Shown here: in pieces, positions 45,313-60,675 of the stretch
How the letters are laid out: each line of letters opens with the position of its first letter
Numbering within the stretch: position 1 is the first letter of the stretch
Source of the DNA: Eledone cirrhosa
Lineage: Eukaryota
Direction of reading: 5' to 3'
Assembly (NCBI GenBank): GCA_964016885.1
Contig: OZ024754.1
Coordinates: forward strand, 36,022,001-36,086,000
Length of the DNA stretch: 64,000 nucleotides
Position numbers and translations under genes: made by a program
The notes under the pieces: generated by a model
Told to the model about the DNA's origin: nothing
Databases searched by the model: none
The model's input: the letters and a program-made list of their open reading frames with translations, nothing else

Positions 45313-45844
45313 TGAGAGAGAAAGAGAGGAGAGAGAGGAAGAGGGAAACGGAGAGAGAGGAAGAGGGAAACGGAGAGAGGGGGAGAGAGTGACAAAAAGA
45401 ACAAGAGAGAGTGCGTGAGAGATAGGGAGAGAGAGAGAGAGAGAGAAGAGGGAGAGGAAGAGAGAAATGGAGAGAGAGGGTGAGAGTGACAAAATGGAGA
45501 GAAGGAGAGATGGAGGAAGAGAGAAACGGGGAGCGAGGGAGAGAGTATCAGAGAGAGAGTATCAGAGAGAGAGAGAGAGAGTGTGTGTGTGTGTGTGTAA
45601 TAAAGAGCGAGAGTAATGATATGTTAGGAGTAGATGGAGTGGTAACTGTTAGTATGTCACGTGTTAATAGAGGGATTTTAAGACGAGATTGAAGTGTGTG
45701 TGGGTGGGAGGCGGTAATAGACGCGGGGGTTCGAAATGTTGTTGTTGCTGATATTGTTACAGATGATGATGATGATGAGTGTGTGGGTGGGTCGGTGGGT
45801 GGAGGAGGGGGTAGGGAGGTGGGGGCGGTGATGATTTTTAAGGG

Positions 45845-46010
45845 TTTCTGATTTAGGCACAAGGGCAGTAATTATTTCTTTGCGGAGGGGGGGGGGGTAT
45901 GGTATGATTATACCTACCCCAGTATATGACTGGTACTTGGTTTTATCGACCTTGGATGGATGAAAAACAAAGGTGACCCTTGCAGGATTTGATCTCAGAA
46001 CAAAAGGGCC
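45845..46010 (-). mobile_element. Nin-core SINE, diverged
   Basis: ttaggcacaagg..ctggtacttggttttatcgacc..ggatgaaaa..ggatttgatctcag. Confidence 0.65.
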
Positions 46011-46077
46011 GGAATAGATGAGAATTATGATGACAACAATAAAAAGGTTGATGATAACGATGGTGCTGATGATGACA

Positions 46078-46108
<31 letters not shown>

Positions 46109-46191
46109 CGATGATGATAACGATGACGTTGATGTTGACAATGATGATGATGATGATGATGATGATGATAACGATGACGTTGATGTTGACA

Positions 46192-46235
<44 letters not shown>

Positions 46236-46334
46236 AACGATGACGTTGATGTTGACAATTGTGATGATGATGATGATGACAGCGATGATAAATATGACGT
46301 TGATAGTAATGATAATGATGATGATGATAATGAC

Positions 46335-47580
46335 GACGTTGGGAATGGTGACGTTGGGAATGGTGACGTTGATAATTGTGACGTTGGGATTGGTGACGTT
46401 GATAATGGTGACGTTGATAATGGTGACGTTGATAATGGTGACGTTGGGAATGGTGACGTTGATAATGGTGACGTAGGGAATGGTGACGTTGGGAATGGTG
46501 ACGTTGATAATGGTGACGTAGGGAATGGTGACGTTGGGAATGGTGACGTTGGGAATGGTGACGTTGGGAATGGTGACGTTGGGAATGGTGACGTTGGGAA
46601 TGGTGACGTTGGGAATGGTGACGTTGGGAATGGTGACGTTGATAATGGTGACGTAGGGAATGGTGACGTTGGGAATGGTGACGTTGGGAATGGTGACGTT
46701 GATAATGGTGACGTTGGGAATGGTGACGTTGGGAATGGTGACGTTGGGAATGGTGACGTTGATAATGGTGACGTTGGGAATGGTGACGTTGGAAATGGTG
46801 ACGTTGGAAATGGTGACGTTGATAATGGTGACGTTGTGAATGGTGACGTTGATAATGGTGACGTAGGGAATGGTGACGTTGATAATGGTGACGTAGGGAA
46901 TGGTGACGTTGGGAATGGTGACGTTGATAATGGTGACGTAGGGAATGGTGACGTTGATAATGGTGACGTAGGGAATGGTGACGTTGGGAATGGTGACGTT
47001 GGGAATGGTGACGTTGATAATGGTGACGTTGGGAATGGTGACGTTGGGAATGGTGACGTTGATAATGGTGACGTTGGGAATGGTGACGTTGGAAATGGTG
47101 ACGTTGGAAATGGTGACGTTGATAATGGTGACGTTGTGAATGGTGACGTTGGGAATGGTGACGTTGATAATGGTGACGTTGGGAATGGTGACGTTGGGAA
47201 TGGTGACGTTGATAATGTTGACGTTGAGAATGATGAACATGATGACGTTGATAGTGAGGATAATGAAGATGATGATGACGATGACGTTGGAAACGTTGAT
47301 GTTGATAATGGTGTCGTTGGGAATGGTGACGTTGATAAATATTGACGTTGAGTATGATGATGACAATGATGATGATGATGTTGGGAATGTTAACGTTTAT
47401 TTTGGCAACGTGGTGACGTTGGGATTGATGACGTTGTGAGTGGTGACGTTGATAATGGTGATGTCGATAATGGTGACGTTGTGAGTGCTGACGTTGGGAG
47501 TGCTGACGTTTTGAGTGGTGACGTTGGGATTGGTGACGGTGTGAGTGGTGACGTTGGGATTGGTGACGTTGGGAATGACG
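46335..47580. repeat. 15-bp minisatellite (GGGAATGGTGACGTT / GATAATGGTGACGTT) grading into (GAT)n
   Basis: About 58 regular units at 46338-47215 with degenerate flanks. Confidence 0.95.
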
Positions 47581-48245
47581 ATCATGAGAAGGTTTATGAT
47601 ATGACGACACCGATGTTGCTGTTGTTGGTAGCGATGATGATGATGATGATGTTGATGATGATGATGATGTTGATGATGATGATGATGTTGATGATGATGA
47701 TGATGATGGTGGTGATGATGATGATGATGATGGTGGTGATGATGATGATGATGTTGATGATGATGATGATGATGTTGATGATGATGATGATGATGGTGGT
47801 GATGATGATGATGATGATGGTGGTGATGATGATGATGACAATAATGGCCATGATGATTAAGATGACAATGATGATGATAATGCTCCCGCATTGCTGTTCT
47901 TATCGCCATTGATGAAGAAATGTCATTTTCGTCTGTTTCATCGTTTCCTAAATTATCTTATCGCGTTTTCCTTACTTTTTCCTCGCATCCTTCCATCGTT
48001 CTGATTTTTTTCTCCCCCCCCCCCCTCCTTCTTCTTCTTCTTCTTCTTCTTCTTCTTCTTCTTCTTCTTCTTCTTCTTCTTCTTCTTCTTCTTCTTCTTC
48101 TTCTTCTTCTTCTTCTTCTTCTTCTTCTTCTTCTTCTTCTTCTTCTTCTTCTTCTTCTTCTTCTTCTTCTTCTTCTTCTACCACTGCTCTCTCTGTATTT
48201 CTGTCTGTCTCTCTCTGTCTCTCTCTCCGTCTTTGTTTCGGTCTG

Positions 48246-48284
<39 letters not shown>

Positions 48285-48309
48285 CTGTCTCACGCACACA
48301 CACTCTCTG

Positions 48310-48372
<63 letters not shown>

Positions 48373-48710
48373 GTCTATCTACCTAACTCCCGAATCCTAG
48401 TGTCACCATCTGCTCTCACTACAACGACAACATCCTTTTCCCCGTCCACTTCTTCTTCCCTTTCTTTCACTTCCATATTAAACACCCCCCCCCTCTCACT
48501 CTCATTTTACACGTCTTTCCGTTTCTGTTCTGGTTGGTTGAGCGGTCCTACGTCTGCGCCTGCGCCGTGTCGACCAGTAATCAAATTGTCACTAATAGGA
48601 GAGACGAATATCGATGCAAATCGAGCGGGTTATTGTTACTATTAGTGACGTCACAGACCATATAATGCTTTCCTTCTTTTATCTTTTCTTTCTTTACCTC
48701 CTTCCATATT

Positions 48711-48776
<66 letters not shown>

Positions 48777-49174
48777 CTCTCTTTCTCACTCATTTGGATT
48801 TCTTTATAATTTTATTCTTTCATTTTTGGCGTTGTTGTTGCTGTTACTGTTGTTGTTGTTGTTATTGTTGTTGTTGTTGTTGTTGTTGTTGCTGCTGATG
48901 TTATTGTTGTTTTGTATTGTTGTTTTGCTGTTAATTGTTGTTATTATTGTTGTTGCTGTTGTTGTTGCTGTTATTATTGGTTGTTGTTTATGGTATTATT
49001 GTTGTTTTGTTGTTAATATTGTTGTTTTGCTGTTATTGTTATTGTTTTTGTTGCTGTTATTGTTATTGTTGTTGTTATTGTTGTTGTTATTATTATCGTT
49101 GTTGTTGCTGTTATTATTGTTGCTCTTGTTGATGTGTATGTGTGCTTTTCAATGTCTTCTATTCTCCGTCAGTT

Positions 49175-50198
49175 AGGTGAGGTTTAAGTGACATTCTTTA
49201 AAGGTACCCAGTATTGAGTACTTTAGATAGAATGTCTCTTAAACCTCGCCTATCTAATGTACTCAATACTGGGTACTGTTAAAGTATGTCTCTTAAACCT
49301 CGCCTACCTAATGTACTTAATACTGGGTACTGTTAAAGTATGTCCCTTAAGCCGGTTTAAATGCTATAGGGTTAATGGTGCCCAACATAAGTACACCAGA
49401 TAGTTGAGGTCTAACAGACAATCTTTACTGGAGTACAACATAGAGTACGCCAGATAGTTGAATCTCTGAGAGACATTCTTTAATGGTGCCCAACATAGAG
49501 TACGCCAGATAGATGAGGTCTGAGAGACATTCTTTAATGGTGCCCAACATAGAGTAAGCCAGATAGATGAGGTCTGAGAGACATTCTTTAATGGTGCCCA
49601 ACATAGAGTACGCCAGATAGATGAGGTCTGAGAGACATTCTTTAATGGTGCCCAACATAGAGTACGCCAGATAGATGAGGTCTGAGAGACATTCTTTAAT
49701 GGTGTACAACATAGAGTACGCCAGATAGATGAGGTCTGAGAGACATTCTTTAATGGTGTACAACATAGAGTACGCCAGATAGATGAGGTCTGAGAGACAT
49801 TCTTTAATGGTGCCCAACATAGAGTACGCCAGATAGATGAGGTCTGAGAGACATTCTTTAATGGTGCCCAACATAGAGTACGCCAGATAGATGAGGTCTG
49901 AGAGACATTCTTTAATGGTGCCCAACATAGAGTACGCCAGATAGTTGAAGTCTGAGAGACATTCTTTAATGGTCTACAACATAGAGTACGCCTGATAGTT
50001 GAGGTCTGAGAGACATTCTTTAATGGTGTACAATATAGAGTACGCCAGATAGATGAGGTCTGAGAGACATTCTTTAATGGTGCCCAACATAGAGTACGCC
50101 AGATAGATGATGTCTGAGAGACATTCTTTAATGGTGTACAATATAGAGTACGCCAGATAGTTGAGGTCTGAGTGACATTCTTTAATGGTGTACAACAT
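49175..50198. repeat. 54-bp tandem repeat (~15 homogeneous units at 49371-50198) plus diverged, partly inverted units at 49175-49350
   Basis: Unit ctttaatggtgcccaacatagagtacgccagatagatgaggtctgagagacatt. Confidence 0.95.
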
Positions 50199-50959
50199 CT
50201 TTCCACATCACATATAGCCATGCTCCATTTCCAATGATGGAATGATATATAGATGCTATGACAGCTAATATATCAATCAGTAGAGCAGCTATAATAGCCT
50301 CGTAAAATAGAATTGATTGATTAGGATTTTTAGCAGCTAAAATTGGGTGTAGGCTGCGTTAGTGATATGTATTGGTGCTAGTGATGTTGGTGTTGTTGGT
50401 GGGGGTGTTGATGGTGGTGGTGGTGGTGTTAGTGGTGTGTATTGGTGTTAGTGATGTTGGTGTTGTTGTTAGTGGTGTTGATGGTGGTGGTGGTGGTGGT
50501 GGTGGCGGTAGTAGTGGTGGTGGTGTTGGAAGTGGTAGTGGTGTTGGTGGTTTTTGGTGTTGATGGATTTGTTGGTGCTGCTGTTGTTGTGGTGGTGGTG
50601 GTGGTGGCGGTGGTGGTGGTGGTGGTGGTGGTGGTGGTGGCGGTAGTAGTGGTGGTGGTGTTGGAAGTGGTAGTGGTGTTGGTGGTTTTTGGTGTTGATG
50701 GATTTGTTGGTGCTGCTGTTGTTGTGGTGGTGGTGGTGGTGGTGGCGGTGGTGGTGGTGGTGGCGTTGGTGGGGGCGGCTTTTGGTGGTGATGGTGATGC
50801 ATGGTGCTGGTGGTATGGGGGGGGGGGTGATGCTAGTCGAGTGATGGTGGTGGTGGAGGTGAAAGAATGGACAGGAGCATAAGAAATCGATTGCCCGTAA
50901 TGAAGAACCGGGAAAAAAATATCTTGGCATCGCTTTATACGTGTCTGAACTGATTGTCA

Positions 50960-53900
50960 CATCACCACTACCGCCACTACCCCACCCCCCAAACTACCAC
51001 CACCACCACCACCACCACCACCATGCATCACCAGCACCACCCACCAAGTACCGCCATCGTCACCAACACCCACCATAAAACACCATCACCACCACTATCC
51101 GTCATGCACCACCATCACCCCCCCCCTCTCGCACCTCCATCACCAGCCACCACCATCACCACTACCGCCACTACCCCTCACCCCCCAAACTACCACCACC
51201 ACCACCACCACCACCACCACCATGCATCACCAGCACCACCCACCAAGTACCGCCATCGTCACCAACACCCACCATAAAACACCATCACCACCACTATCCG
51301 TCATGCACCACCATCACCCCCCCCCTCTCGCACCTCCATCACCAGCCACCACCATCACCACTACCGCCACTATCCCCACCCCCCAAACTACCACCACACA
51401 CCACCACCACCACCACCATGCATCAACAGCACCACCCACCAAGTACCGCCATCGTCACCAACACCCACCATAAAACACCATCACCACACTATCCGTCATG
51501 CACCACCATCACCCCCCCCCCCTCTCGCACCTCCATCACCAGCCACCACCATCACCACTACCGCCACTACCCCACCCCCCAAACTACACCACACCACCAC
51601 CACCACCACCACCACCACATGCATCACCAGCACCACCCACCAAGTACCGCCATCGTCACCTAACACCCACCATAAAACACCATCACCACCACTATCCGTC
51701 ATGCACCACCATCACCCCCCCCCCCCCTCTCGCACCTCCATCACCAGCCACCACCATCAACCACTACCGCCACTACCCCCACTCCCCAAACTACCACCAC
51801 CACCACCACCACCACCACCATGCATCAACAGCACCACCCACCAAGTACCGCCATCGTCACCAACACCCACCATAAAACACCATCACACCACTATCGTCTG
51901 CACCACAATCACCTCACCCCCTCCACCCATCCCACCCCACCCCCCGCCCCCCCCACCCCCCCCCCCTCGCACCTCCATCACCAGCCACCACCATCACCAC
52001 TACCGCCACTACCCCCACTCCCCAAACTACCACCACCACCACCACCACCACCACCACCATGCATCAACAGCACCACCCACCAAGTACCGCCATCGTCACC
52101 AACACCCACCATAAAACACCATCACCACCACTATCCGTCATGCACCACCATCACCCCCCCCCCTCTCGCACCTCCATCACCAGCCACCACCATCACCACT
52201 ACCGCCACTACCCCCACTCCCCAAACTACCACCACCACCACCACCACCCACCACCATGCATCACCAGCACCACCCACCAAGTACCGCCATCGTCACCAAC
52301 ACCCACCATAAAACACCATCACCACCACTATCCGTCATGCACCACCATCACCCCCCCCCCCCCTCTCGCACCTCCATCACCAGCCACCACCATCACCACT
52401 ACCGCCACTACCCCCACCCCCCAAACTACCACCACCACCACCACCACCACCACCACCACCACCACCATGCATCACCAGCACCACCCACCAAGTACCGCCA
52501 TCGTCACCAACACCCACCATAAAACACCATCACCACCACTATCCGTCATGCACCACCATCACCCCCCCCTCTCGCACCTCCATCACCAGCCACCACCATC
52601 ACCACTACCGCCACTACCCCCACCCCCCAAACTACCACCACCACCACCACCACCACCACCACCACCACCACCATGCATCACCAGCACCACCCACCAAGTA
52701 CCGCCATCGTCACCAACACCCACCATAAAACACCATCACCACCACTATCCGTCATGCACCACCATCACCCCCCCCCCCTCTCGCACCTCCATCACCAGCC
52801 ACCACCATCACCACTACCGCCACTACCCCCACCACCCCCCAAACTACACCACCACCACCACCACCACCACCACCACCACCACCACCATGCATCACCAGCA
52901 CCACCCACCAAGTACCGCCATCGTCACCAACACCCACCATATAAACACCATCACCACCACTATCCGTCATGCACCACCATCACCCACCCCCCTCGCACCT
53001 CCATCCCCAGCCACCACCATCACCACTACCGCCACTATCCCCACCCCCCAAACTACCACCACCACCACCACCACCACCACCATGCATCACCAGCACCACC
53101 CACCAAGTACCGCCATCGTCACCAACACCCACCATAAAACACCATCACCACTACCGCCACTACCCCCACCCCCCCAAACTACCACCACCACCACCACCAC
53201 CACCACCACCACCACCACCATGCATCACCAGCACCACCCACCAAGTACCGCCATCGTCACCAACACCCACCATAAAACACCATCACCACCACTATCCGTC
53301 ATGCACCACCATCACCCCCCCCTCTCGCACCTCCATCACCAGCCACCACCATCACCACTACCGCCACTACCCCCACCCCCCAAACTACCACCACCACCAC
53401 CACCACCACCACCACCACCACCACCACCATGCATCACCAGCACCACCCACCAAGTACCGCCATCGTCACCAACACCCACCATAAAACACCATCACCACCA
53501 CTATCCGTCATGCACCACCATCACCCACCCCCCTCGCACCTCCATCCCCAGCCACCACCATCACCACTACCGCCACTATCCCCACCCCCCAAACTACCAC
53601 CACCACCACCACCACCACCACCATGCATCACCAGCACCACCCACCAAGTACCGCCATCGTCACCAACACCCACCATAAAACACCATCACCACTACCGCCA
53701 CTACCCCCACCCCCCCAAACTACCACCACCACCACCACCACCACCACCACCACCATGCATCACCAGCACCACCCACCAAGTACCGCCATCGTCACCAACA
53801 CCCACCATAAAACACCATCACCACCACTATCCGTCATGCACCACCATCACCCCCCCCTCTCGCACCTCCATCACCAGCCACCACCATCACCACTACCGCC

Positions 53901-55575
53901 ACTACCCCCACCCCCCAAACTACCACCACCACCACCACCACCACCACCACCACCACCACCACCACCACCACCACCATGCATCACCAGCACCACCCACCAA
54001 GTACCGCCATCGTCACCAACACCCACCATAAAACACCATCACCACCACTATCCGTCATGCACCACCATCACCCACCCCCCTCGCACCTCCATCCCCAGCC
54101 ACCACCATCACCACTACCACCACTACCCCCACCCCCCAAACTACCACCACCACCACCACCACCACCACCACCACCACCACCACCATGCATCACCAGCACC
54201 ACCCACCAAGTACCGCCATCGTCACCAACACCCACCATAAAACACCATCACCACCACTATCCGTCATGCACCACCATCACCCCCCCCCCCCCCTCTCGCA
54301 CCTCCATCACCAGCCACCACCATCACCACTACCACCACTACCCCCACCCCCCAAACTACCACCACCACCACCACCACCACCACCACCACCATGCATCACC
54401 AGCACCACCCACCAAGTACCGCCATCGTCACCAACACCCACCATAAAACACCATCACCACCACTATCCGTCATGCACCACCATCACCCCCCCCCCCCCCC
54501 CCTCTCGCACCTCCATCACCAGCCACCACCATCACCACTACCGCCACTACCCCCACTCCCCCAAACTACCACCACCACCACCACCACCACCATGCATCAC
54601 CAGCACCACCCACCAAGTACCGCCAACGTCACCAACACCCACCATAAAACACCATCACCACCACTATCCGTCATGCACCACCATCACCCCCCCCTCTCGC
54701 ACCTCCATCACCAGCCACCACCATCACCACTACCGCCACTACCCCCACCCCCCAAACTACCACCACCACCACCACCACCACCACCACCACCACCACCACC
54801 ACCACCACCACCATGCATCACCAGCACCACCCACCAAGTACCGCCATCGTCACCAACACCCACCATAAAACACCATCACCACCACTATCCGTCATGCACC
54901 ACCATCACCCACCCCCCTCGCACCTCCATCCCCAGCCACCACCATCACCACTACCACCACTACCCCCACCCCCCAAACTACCACCACCACCACCACCACC
55001 ACCACCACCACCACCACCACCATGCATCACCAGCACCACCCACCAAGTACCGCCATCGTCACCAACACCCACCATAAAACACCATCACCACCACTATCCG
55101 TCATGCACCACCATCACCCCCCCCCCCCTCTCGCACCTCCATCACCAGCCACCACCATCACCACTACCACCACTACCCCCACCCCCCAAACTACCACCAC
55201 CACCACCACCACCACCACCACCACCATGCATCACCAGCACCACCCACCAAGTACCGCCATCGTCACCAACACCCACCATAAAACACCATCACCACCACTA
55301 TCCGTCATGCACCACCATCACCCCCCCCCCCTCTCGCACCTCCATCACCAGCCACCACCATCACCACTACCGCCACTACCCCCACTCCCCCAAACTACCA
55401 CCACCACCACCACCACCACCATGCATCACCAGCACCACCCACCAAGTACCGCCAACGTCACCAACACCCACCATAAAACACCATCACCACCACTATCCGT
55501 CATGCACCACCATCACCCCCCCCCCCTCTCCCACCTCCATCACCAGCCACCACCATCACCACTCCCACCTACCAC
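50960..55575. repeat. ~200-bp C/A-rich tandem repeat, about 23 units with variable (CAC)n and Cn
   Basis: The marker caagtaccgcc recurs about 23 times. Confidence 0.95.
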
Positions 55576-55674
55576 CACTACTCACTATACACCACCAGCC
55601 GTTACCATTTTCAGTTATCGTATCCTCGTATCCTCACCGTTTCCCGGTCATTAAACCTTTTCTATGGATGCTTC

Positions 55675-55935
55675 CGTTCAGAGTTCAAAACCCGTCAAGG
55701 ATCCTTACGGGGTTGATAAAATAAAATACCAGTAATGCACTGGGGGTCAATTTAATAGACTTTTTCCTCCTCCAAACTGTTGATCTTGTGGCAGTATCGG
55801 TAGAGCGTCAGACACCATGCTTTGCAGCATAGAGTAAAGGCCCTTTACGTTCTGAGTTCAAATACTTCCACGGTTAACTTTGCCTTTCATCCTTACGGGG
55901 TCGATAAAATAAAGTACCAGTAATGCACTGGAGTA
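55675..55935 (+). mobile_element. Tandem Nin-core SINE pieces
   Basis: atccttacggggt(t/c)gataaaataaa.taccagtaatgcact occurs twice. Confidence 0.75.
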
Positions 55936-56029
55936 ATATATATATATATATATATATGTAAATATATATATATATATAAATATATATATATATATGTAAA
56001 TATATATATTAAAGGAACGATCGACTTTC

Positions 56030-56228
56030 GTCAAATCGGACCGAGGGAACAATGTTTCCGTTGATCTTTCCAATTGCTAATACTATCTATCGGTCGCAAC
56101 TCCAGGTAGAAGGAACAACGTGAAATAAAGTGCCTTGCTCAAGGACATAACGCATCGCCTGGTCCAGGAATCGAACTCACAACCTTACGATTGCGAATCC
56201 AATTCTCTAACCACTCAGCCACACGCCT
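56030..56228 (-). mobile_element. tRNA-derived SINE, family 2
   Basis: gtgaaataaagtgccttgctcaaggaca..ggaatcgaactcac..ctaaccactcagccacacgcc. Confidence 0.8.
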
Positions 56229-56253
56229 TGTATATATATATATATATATATAT

Positions 56254-56291
<38 letters not shown>

Positions 56292-56394
56292 TGCGAAGTA
56301 GTTTTGGATGTTAAAGTCGTTTATTGATAAAGCTGTGATACATATTTCAATGACGACAGTGGCCACGCGATTCCGTGCCATGATCTCAGAGCCA

Positions 56395-56533
<139 letters not shown>

Positions 56534-57624
56534 TATACCTGGTGTCCCCAGCAAATTATACACGCTTTTAAATGATATTAATTACATTGTTTATTGAGCT
56601 AGAATCAAGATTAATGAGTTATGGGGGAGTCAAAATGTGACTACAGTTTGGGGGACACTCTCTATTATGGGATAACAACAACAACAACAACAACAACGAC
56701 AACGACAGCAATACTATATCCTACACTATATCCTACACTACACACGCCATCACCATCACGGCTAACATTACAACAATCAGCCGCAATCATGGACTGGAAC
56801 ATGAAATAAAGTGCCTTGCTGAAGGACATAATACGGACGCGGGAATATTACGAAGGTGCCCCCCCCCCTCTCTTAATAAACATGAAGCAGCCGTCTTTTG
56901 CAATCTGTGAGAGAAACCAGCAGCTAGAAGACATCTCACAATGAAAACTGGTGCTAAACAGTAACAAATATACAACAAAACAGCAGCAACAACAACAACA
57001 ACAACATCAATAGACACAAAAACAACAACAACAACAACTATAGCCACAACAACAGCAACAACAACAACTACCACAACTACCACCACTACCACCACCATCA
57101 CCACCACCACCACCACCACCACCACCACTACACACTCAACCACTTACCTCTATCAAACAACATCACCACCGCCATACTACCAACCCCACCACCACCACCA
57201 CCACCACCACCACCAAACACTCCACCACTTACCCTCTACCAAACATCACCACAACCACCACCACCACCACCAAACACGCCACCACTTACCTCTACCAAAC
57301 AGCATCACCACCACCATACTACCAACACCACCACCACACCCACCACCACCACCACACACACCGCCACTAATCTCTACCATACAACACCCCACCACCACCA
57401 CAACCACCACCACCACAACCACCACCACCTCCACCACACACCACCACTTACCTCTACCATACAACACCCCACCATTATTCTACCTACACACCAGTCTGCT
57501 ACCATATGTCTCAAATGATCAAAGAAGGTCTTGTACAGTTCAGGTCGTCTAACTTCTTTATTCTTTTGTTGGTCAGAACTTGGGGGAAATTCTCGAAGGA
57601 GGTTTACCTCACCTCTCATTATAC

Positions 57625-57681
<57 letters not shown>

Positions 57682-58056
57682 AGATAGACATACACACACA
57701 TACACACACACACTCACACACATACACAGACAGACATACACACACACACATACACACATACACAAACAACCACAAAGACATACACACGTACAGAGAAAGA
57801 AAGAGAGAGAGAGAGAGAGAGAGTGAGAGAGTGAGAGATAGAGGAGAGGGAAAAATAGATACACATGTACTTATATATATACACACACACACATATACAT
57901 ATACATGCATATATATATATATATATATTTATACATATATATATAGAGAGATCTACATATGTCTATATATATATATATATATAGACATATACATGTATAT
58001 GTGTGTGTGTATATATATAAGTACATGTGTATCTATTTTTCCCTCTCCTCTATCTC

Positions 58057-58133
<77 letters not shown>

Positions 58134-58208
58134 CTCTGTACGTGTGTTTGTCTTTGTGTTTGTTTGTGTATGTGTGTATGTGTGTATATATAGACATATA
58201 TATATGTA

Positions 58209-58269
<61 letters not shown>

Positions 58270-58652
58270 GTGTGTGTATATACATATGTGTGTGTGTGTG
58301 TATTTGTTATCTGCACGCGGCATGCGCATTCACTAGAGTGCCTATTGCTGTGTGAACCTCCAATTATTAACCAGACCAAGTTTGGCTTAATAAGGCCTCT
58401 GGAATGAGTGGCTATAGGAGGGAAGTGGGAGGTGGAGGTGTGAGGAGAGGAGGAGGCTTACCAATGTATCTCTCTGCGTTGTTGATTGTTGTACTCTTTC
58501 CAGTCTGTCTGTCTGTCTGCCTGCCTGTCTGTTTGTCTGTCTGTCTGTCTCTATAATTGTCTGTTTTACAGTGTTTCAGTTTGTTTTTCTTCCTTCCTTC
58601 TTTCTGTATCCTCTTTCACACACAACCGTCTCCCTTCTATTGTGACCACCAC

Positions 58653-58691
<39 letters not shown>

Positions 58692-58973
58692 TTTCATCAT
58701 CATCATCATCATCATCATTTTCATCATCTTCATCATCATCATCATCATCATTTTCATCATCTTCATTATCACTATAATCGTCACCAACTCATCATCTTCA
58801 TCATCATCACCACCATCATCATCATCATCATCTTCAATATCATCATCAGCATCATCATCACCATCATCATCATCATCATCATCATCTTCAATATCATCAT
58901 CAGCACCATCATCAACATCATATTGATCGCCGACTTTTAAATTTTATTTATATACTGTGTCATGCAACTCCTG

Positions 58974-59076
<103 letters not shown>

Positions 59077-59605
59077 AACGCTCAATAAAATGTTTTGCTC
59101 AATGAAATAATGCATCACCCGGCCCGGATATCGAACTCGAACCTTCACGTGTTCTAATGATAAGCGAAATTGGGATGACTTTACCTTTTCTATAAACAAG
59201 ATGGATGTCTTGAAATGTTTCATAGCTGTTAGCGGACATCCCTCGGATCCGACGGTGATTATTCCACTAGTTTGATTCCCGGAACATCTTGCTTATTAAA
59301 TTAACGGAGATGTGGTTGAACATTACCCATTCACCCTTAATGTACTTGTCCAGCTGATTCTGCAGGACACAGTGTGTAACAAAGCTACGCTTTTGAAATA
59401 TTAGTACGACCTAAATTTTTCTAGCTGAATAAACGGGAAAAATGTGAAATAAAGTATCAATTTGACGTACTCAACGTTGTGTTCCGTTACAGACTGTCTC
59501 TTAAACTGCTGAGAATTGAGCTCACAGCATAGTAACATAGAACAGTATGCTTTTAATAAATGTACGTTTAATTAAATTATATTGTTCTCATTAACATTTA
59601 TCCAA

Positions 59606-59790
59606 GGGCGGCGGATTGCCAGTATCGGTAGAGGGTCGGACGCCATGCTTTGCAGCATAGAGTTACCCCTCTTTACTACGATCTGAGTTCAAATCAACGT
59701 CGAGGGTAACTTTGCCTTTCATCCTTACGGGGTCGATAAAATTAAGTACCAGTAATGTACTGGCTTTGTGCCAAAAGTAGAAACAATTAT
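59606..59790 (+). mobile_element. Nin-core SINE
   Basis: ggcggcggattgccagtatcggtagag..gcctttcatccttacggggtcgataaaattaagtaccag. Confidence 0.85.
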
Positions 59791-60159
59791 TATTCACTCA
59801 ATGGGAGTTCAAATACTAATTATGTTTGAATAATTTTCCGCTTTTTATAGATCGATATTTCGGACCGGGTGTTTATTATATTCTGAATTGAAATTTAAAT
59901 ATAAATTGATTTTTTTTTTCTTTTGTAGATCACTTAAAGCATTGTACAGGGTGAGTCAGAATTCATGACTCACTTGTTAGCTATATTTCTTAACACGTTA
60001 TTTTATTGTTATTGTATTGTTTTAATTTATTATTGTTTCCCCTTTGATTATTTTGAAATATTATATAGACTTGTGAACGCCATAAGAAGTCCGCAGGAAT
60101 AAGAATTTGGACTGAAATTACGATGAGTAAAATCAATTTTGCGAAAGAATTTACGCACG

Positions 60160-60274
<115 letters not shown>

Positions 60275-60399
60275 ACATACATATATACACATATATATAT
60301 TCGTTTTAATAAGGTTAAATAGTGAGTCTTGTTACTCAGGAGCTTCGCTTGTTTATATTTGATGTTGAGATTTCTTTTCTCTCAGCCATCAACCACACA

Positions 60400-60590
60400 C
60401 GTGAGGTTGTGAGTTCGATTCCCGGACCGGGCGATGCGTTATGTCCTTGAGCAAGACATTTATCTGGATTTGCGACCGATAGATAGTATTAGCAACTGGA
60501 AAGACCGATGGAAACATTATTTCCTCGGCCCGTTTTGTCTAGCTCCTCCCCACTTATTAAACGAGTGAGGACTGGGATCTTATCGATCGA
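60400..60590 (+). mobile_element. tRNA-derived SINE, family 2 (partial)
   Basis: gagttcgattcccggaccgggcgatgcgttatgtccttgagcaagac; the tail matches the reverse complement of 8965-9085. Confidence 0.75.
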
Positions 60591-60597
60591 CTATCAT

Positions 60598-60672
<75 letters not shown>

Positions 60673-60675
<3 letters not shown>

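Noticed and set aside
45678-47841. 562- and 632-aa ORFs (NVTIP / QRHHS repeats) resembling a mucin or His-rich protein
   Set aside because: Several frames are open only because of the 15-bp period; the ORFs run into a SINE and have no signal peptide or splice context.
49371-50198. CRISPR-like regular array
   Set aside because: Head-to-tail 54-bp units with no unique spacers, no cas genes, and a eukaryotic context.
52059-55724. Extensin-like Pro/His-rich ORFs
   Set aside because: Frequent frameshifts from variable Cn runs; this is satellite DNA.
59944-59972. TACAGGGTG Tc1-like terminal motif
   Set aside because: No matching second TIR found.
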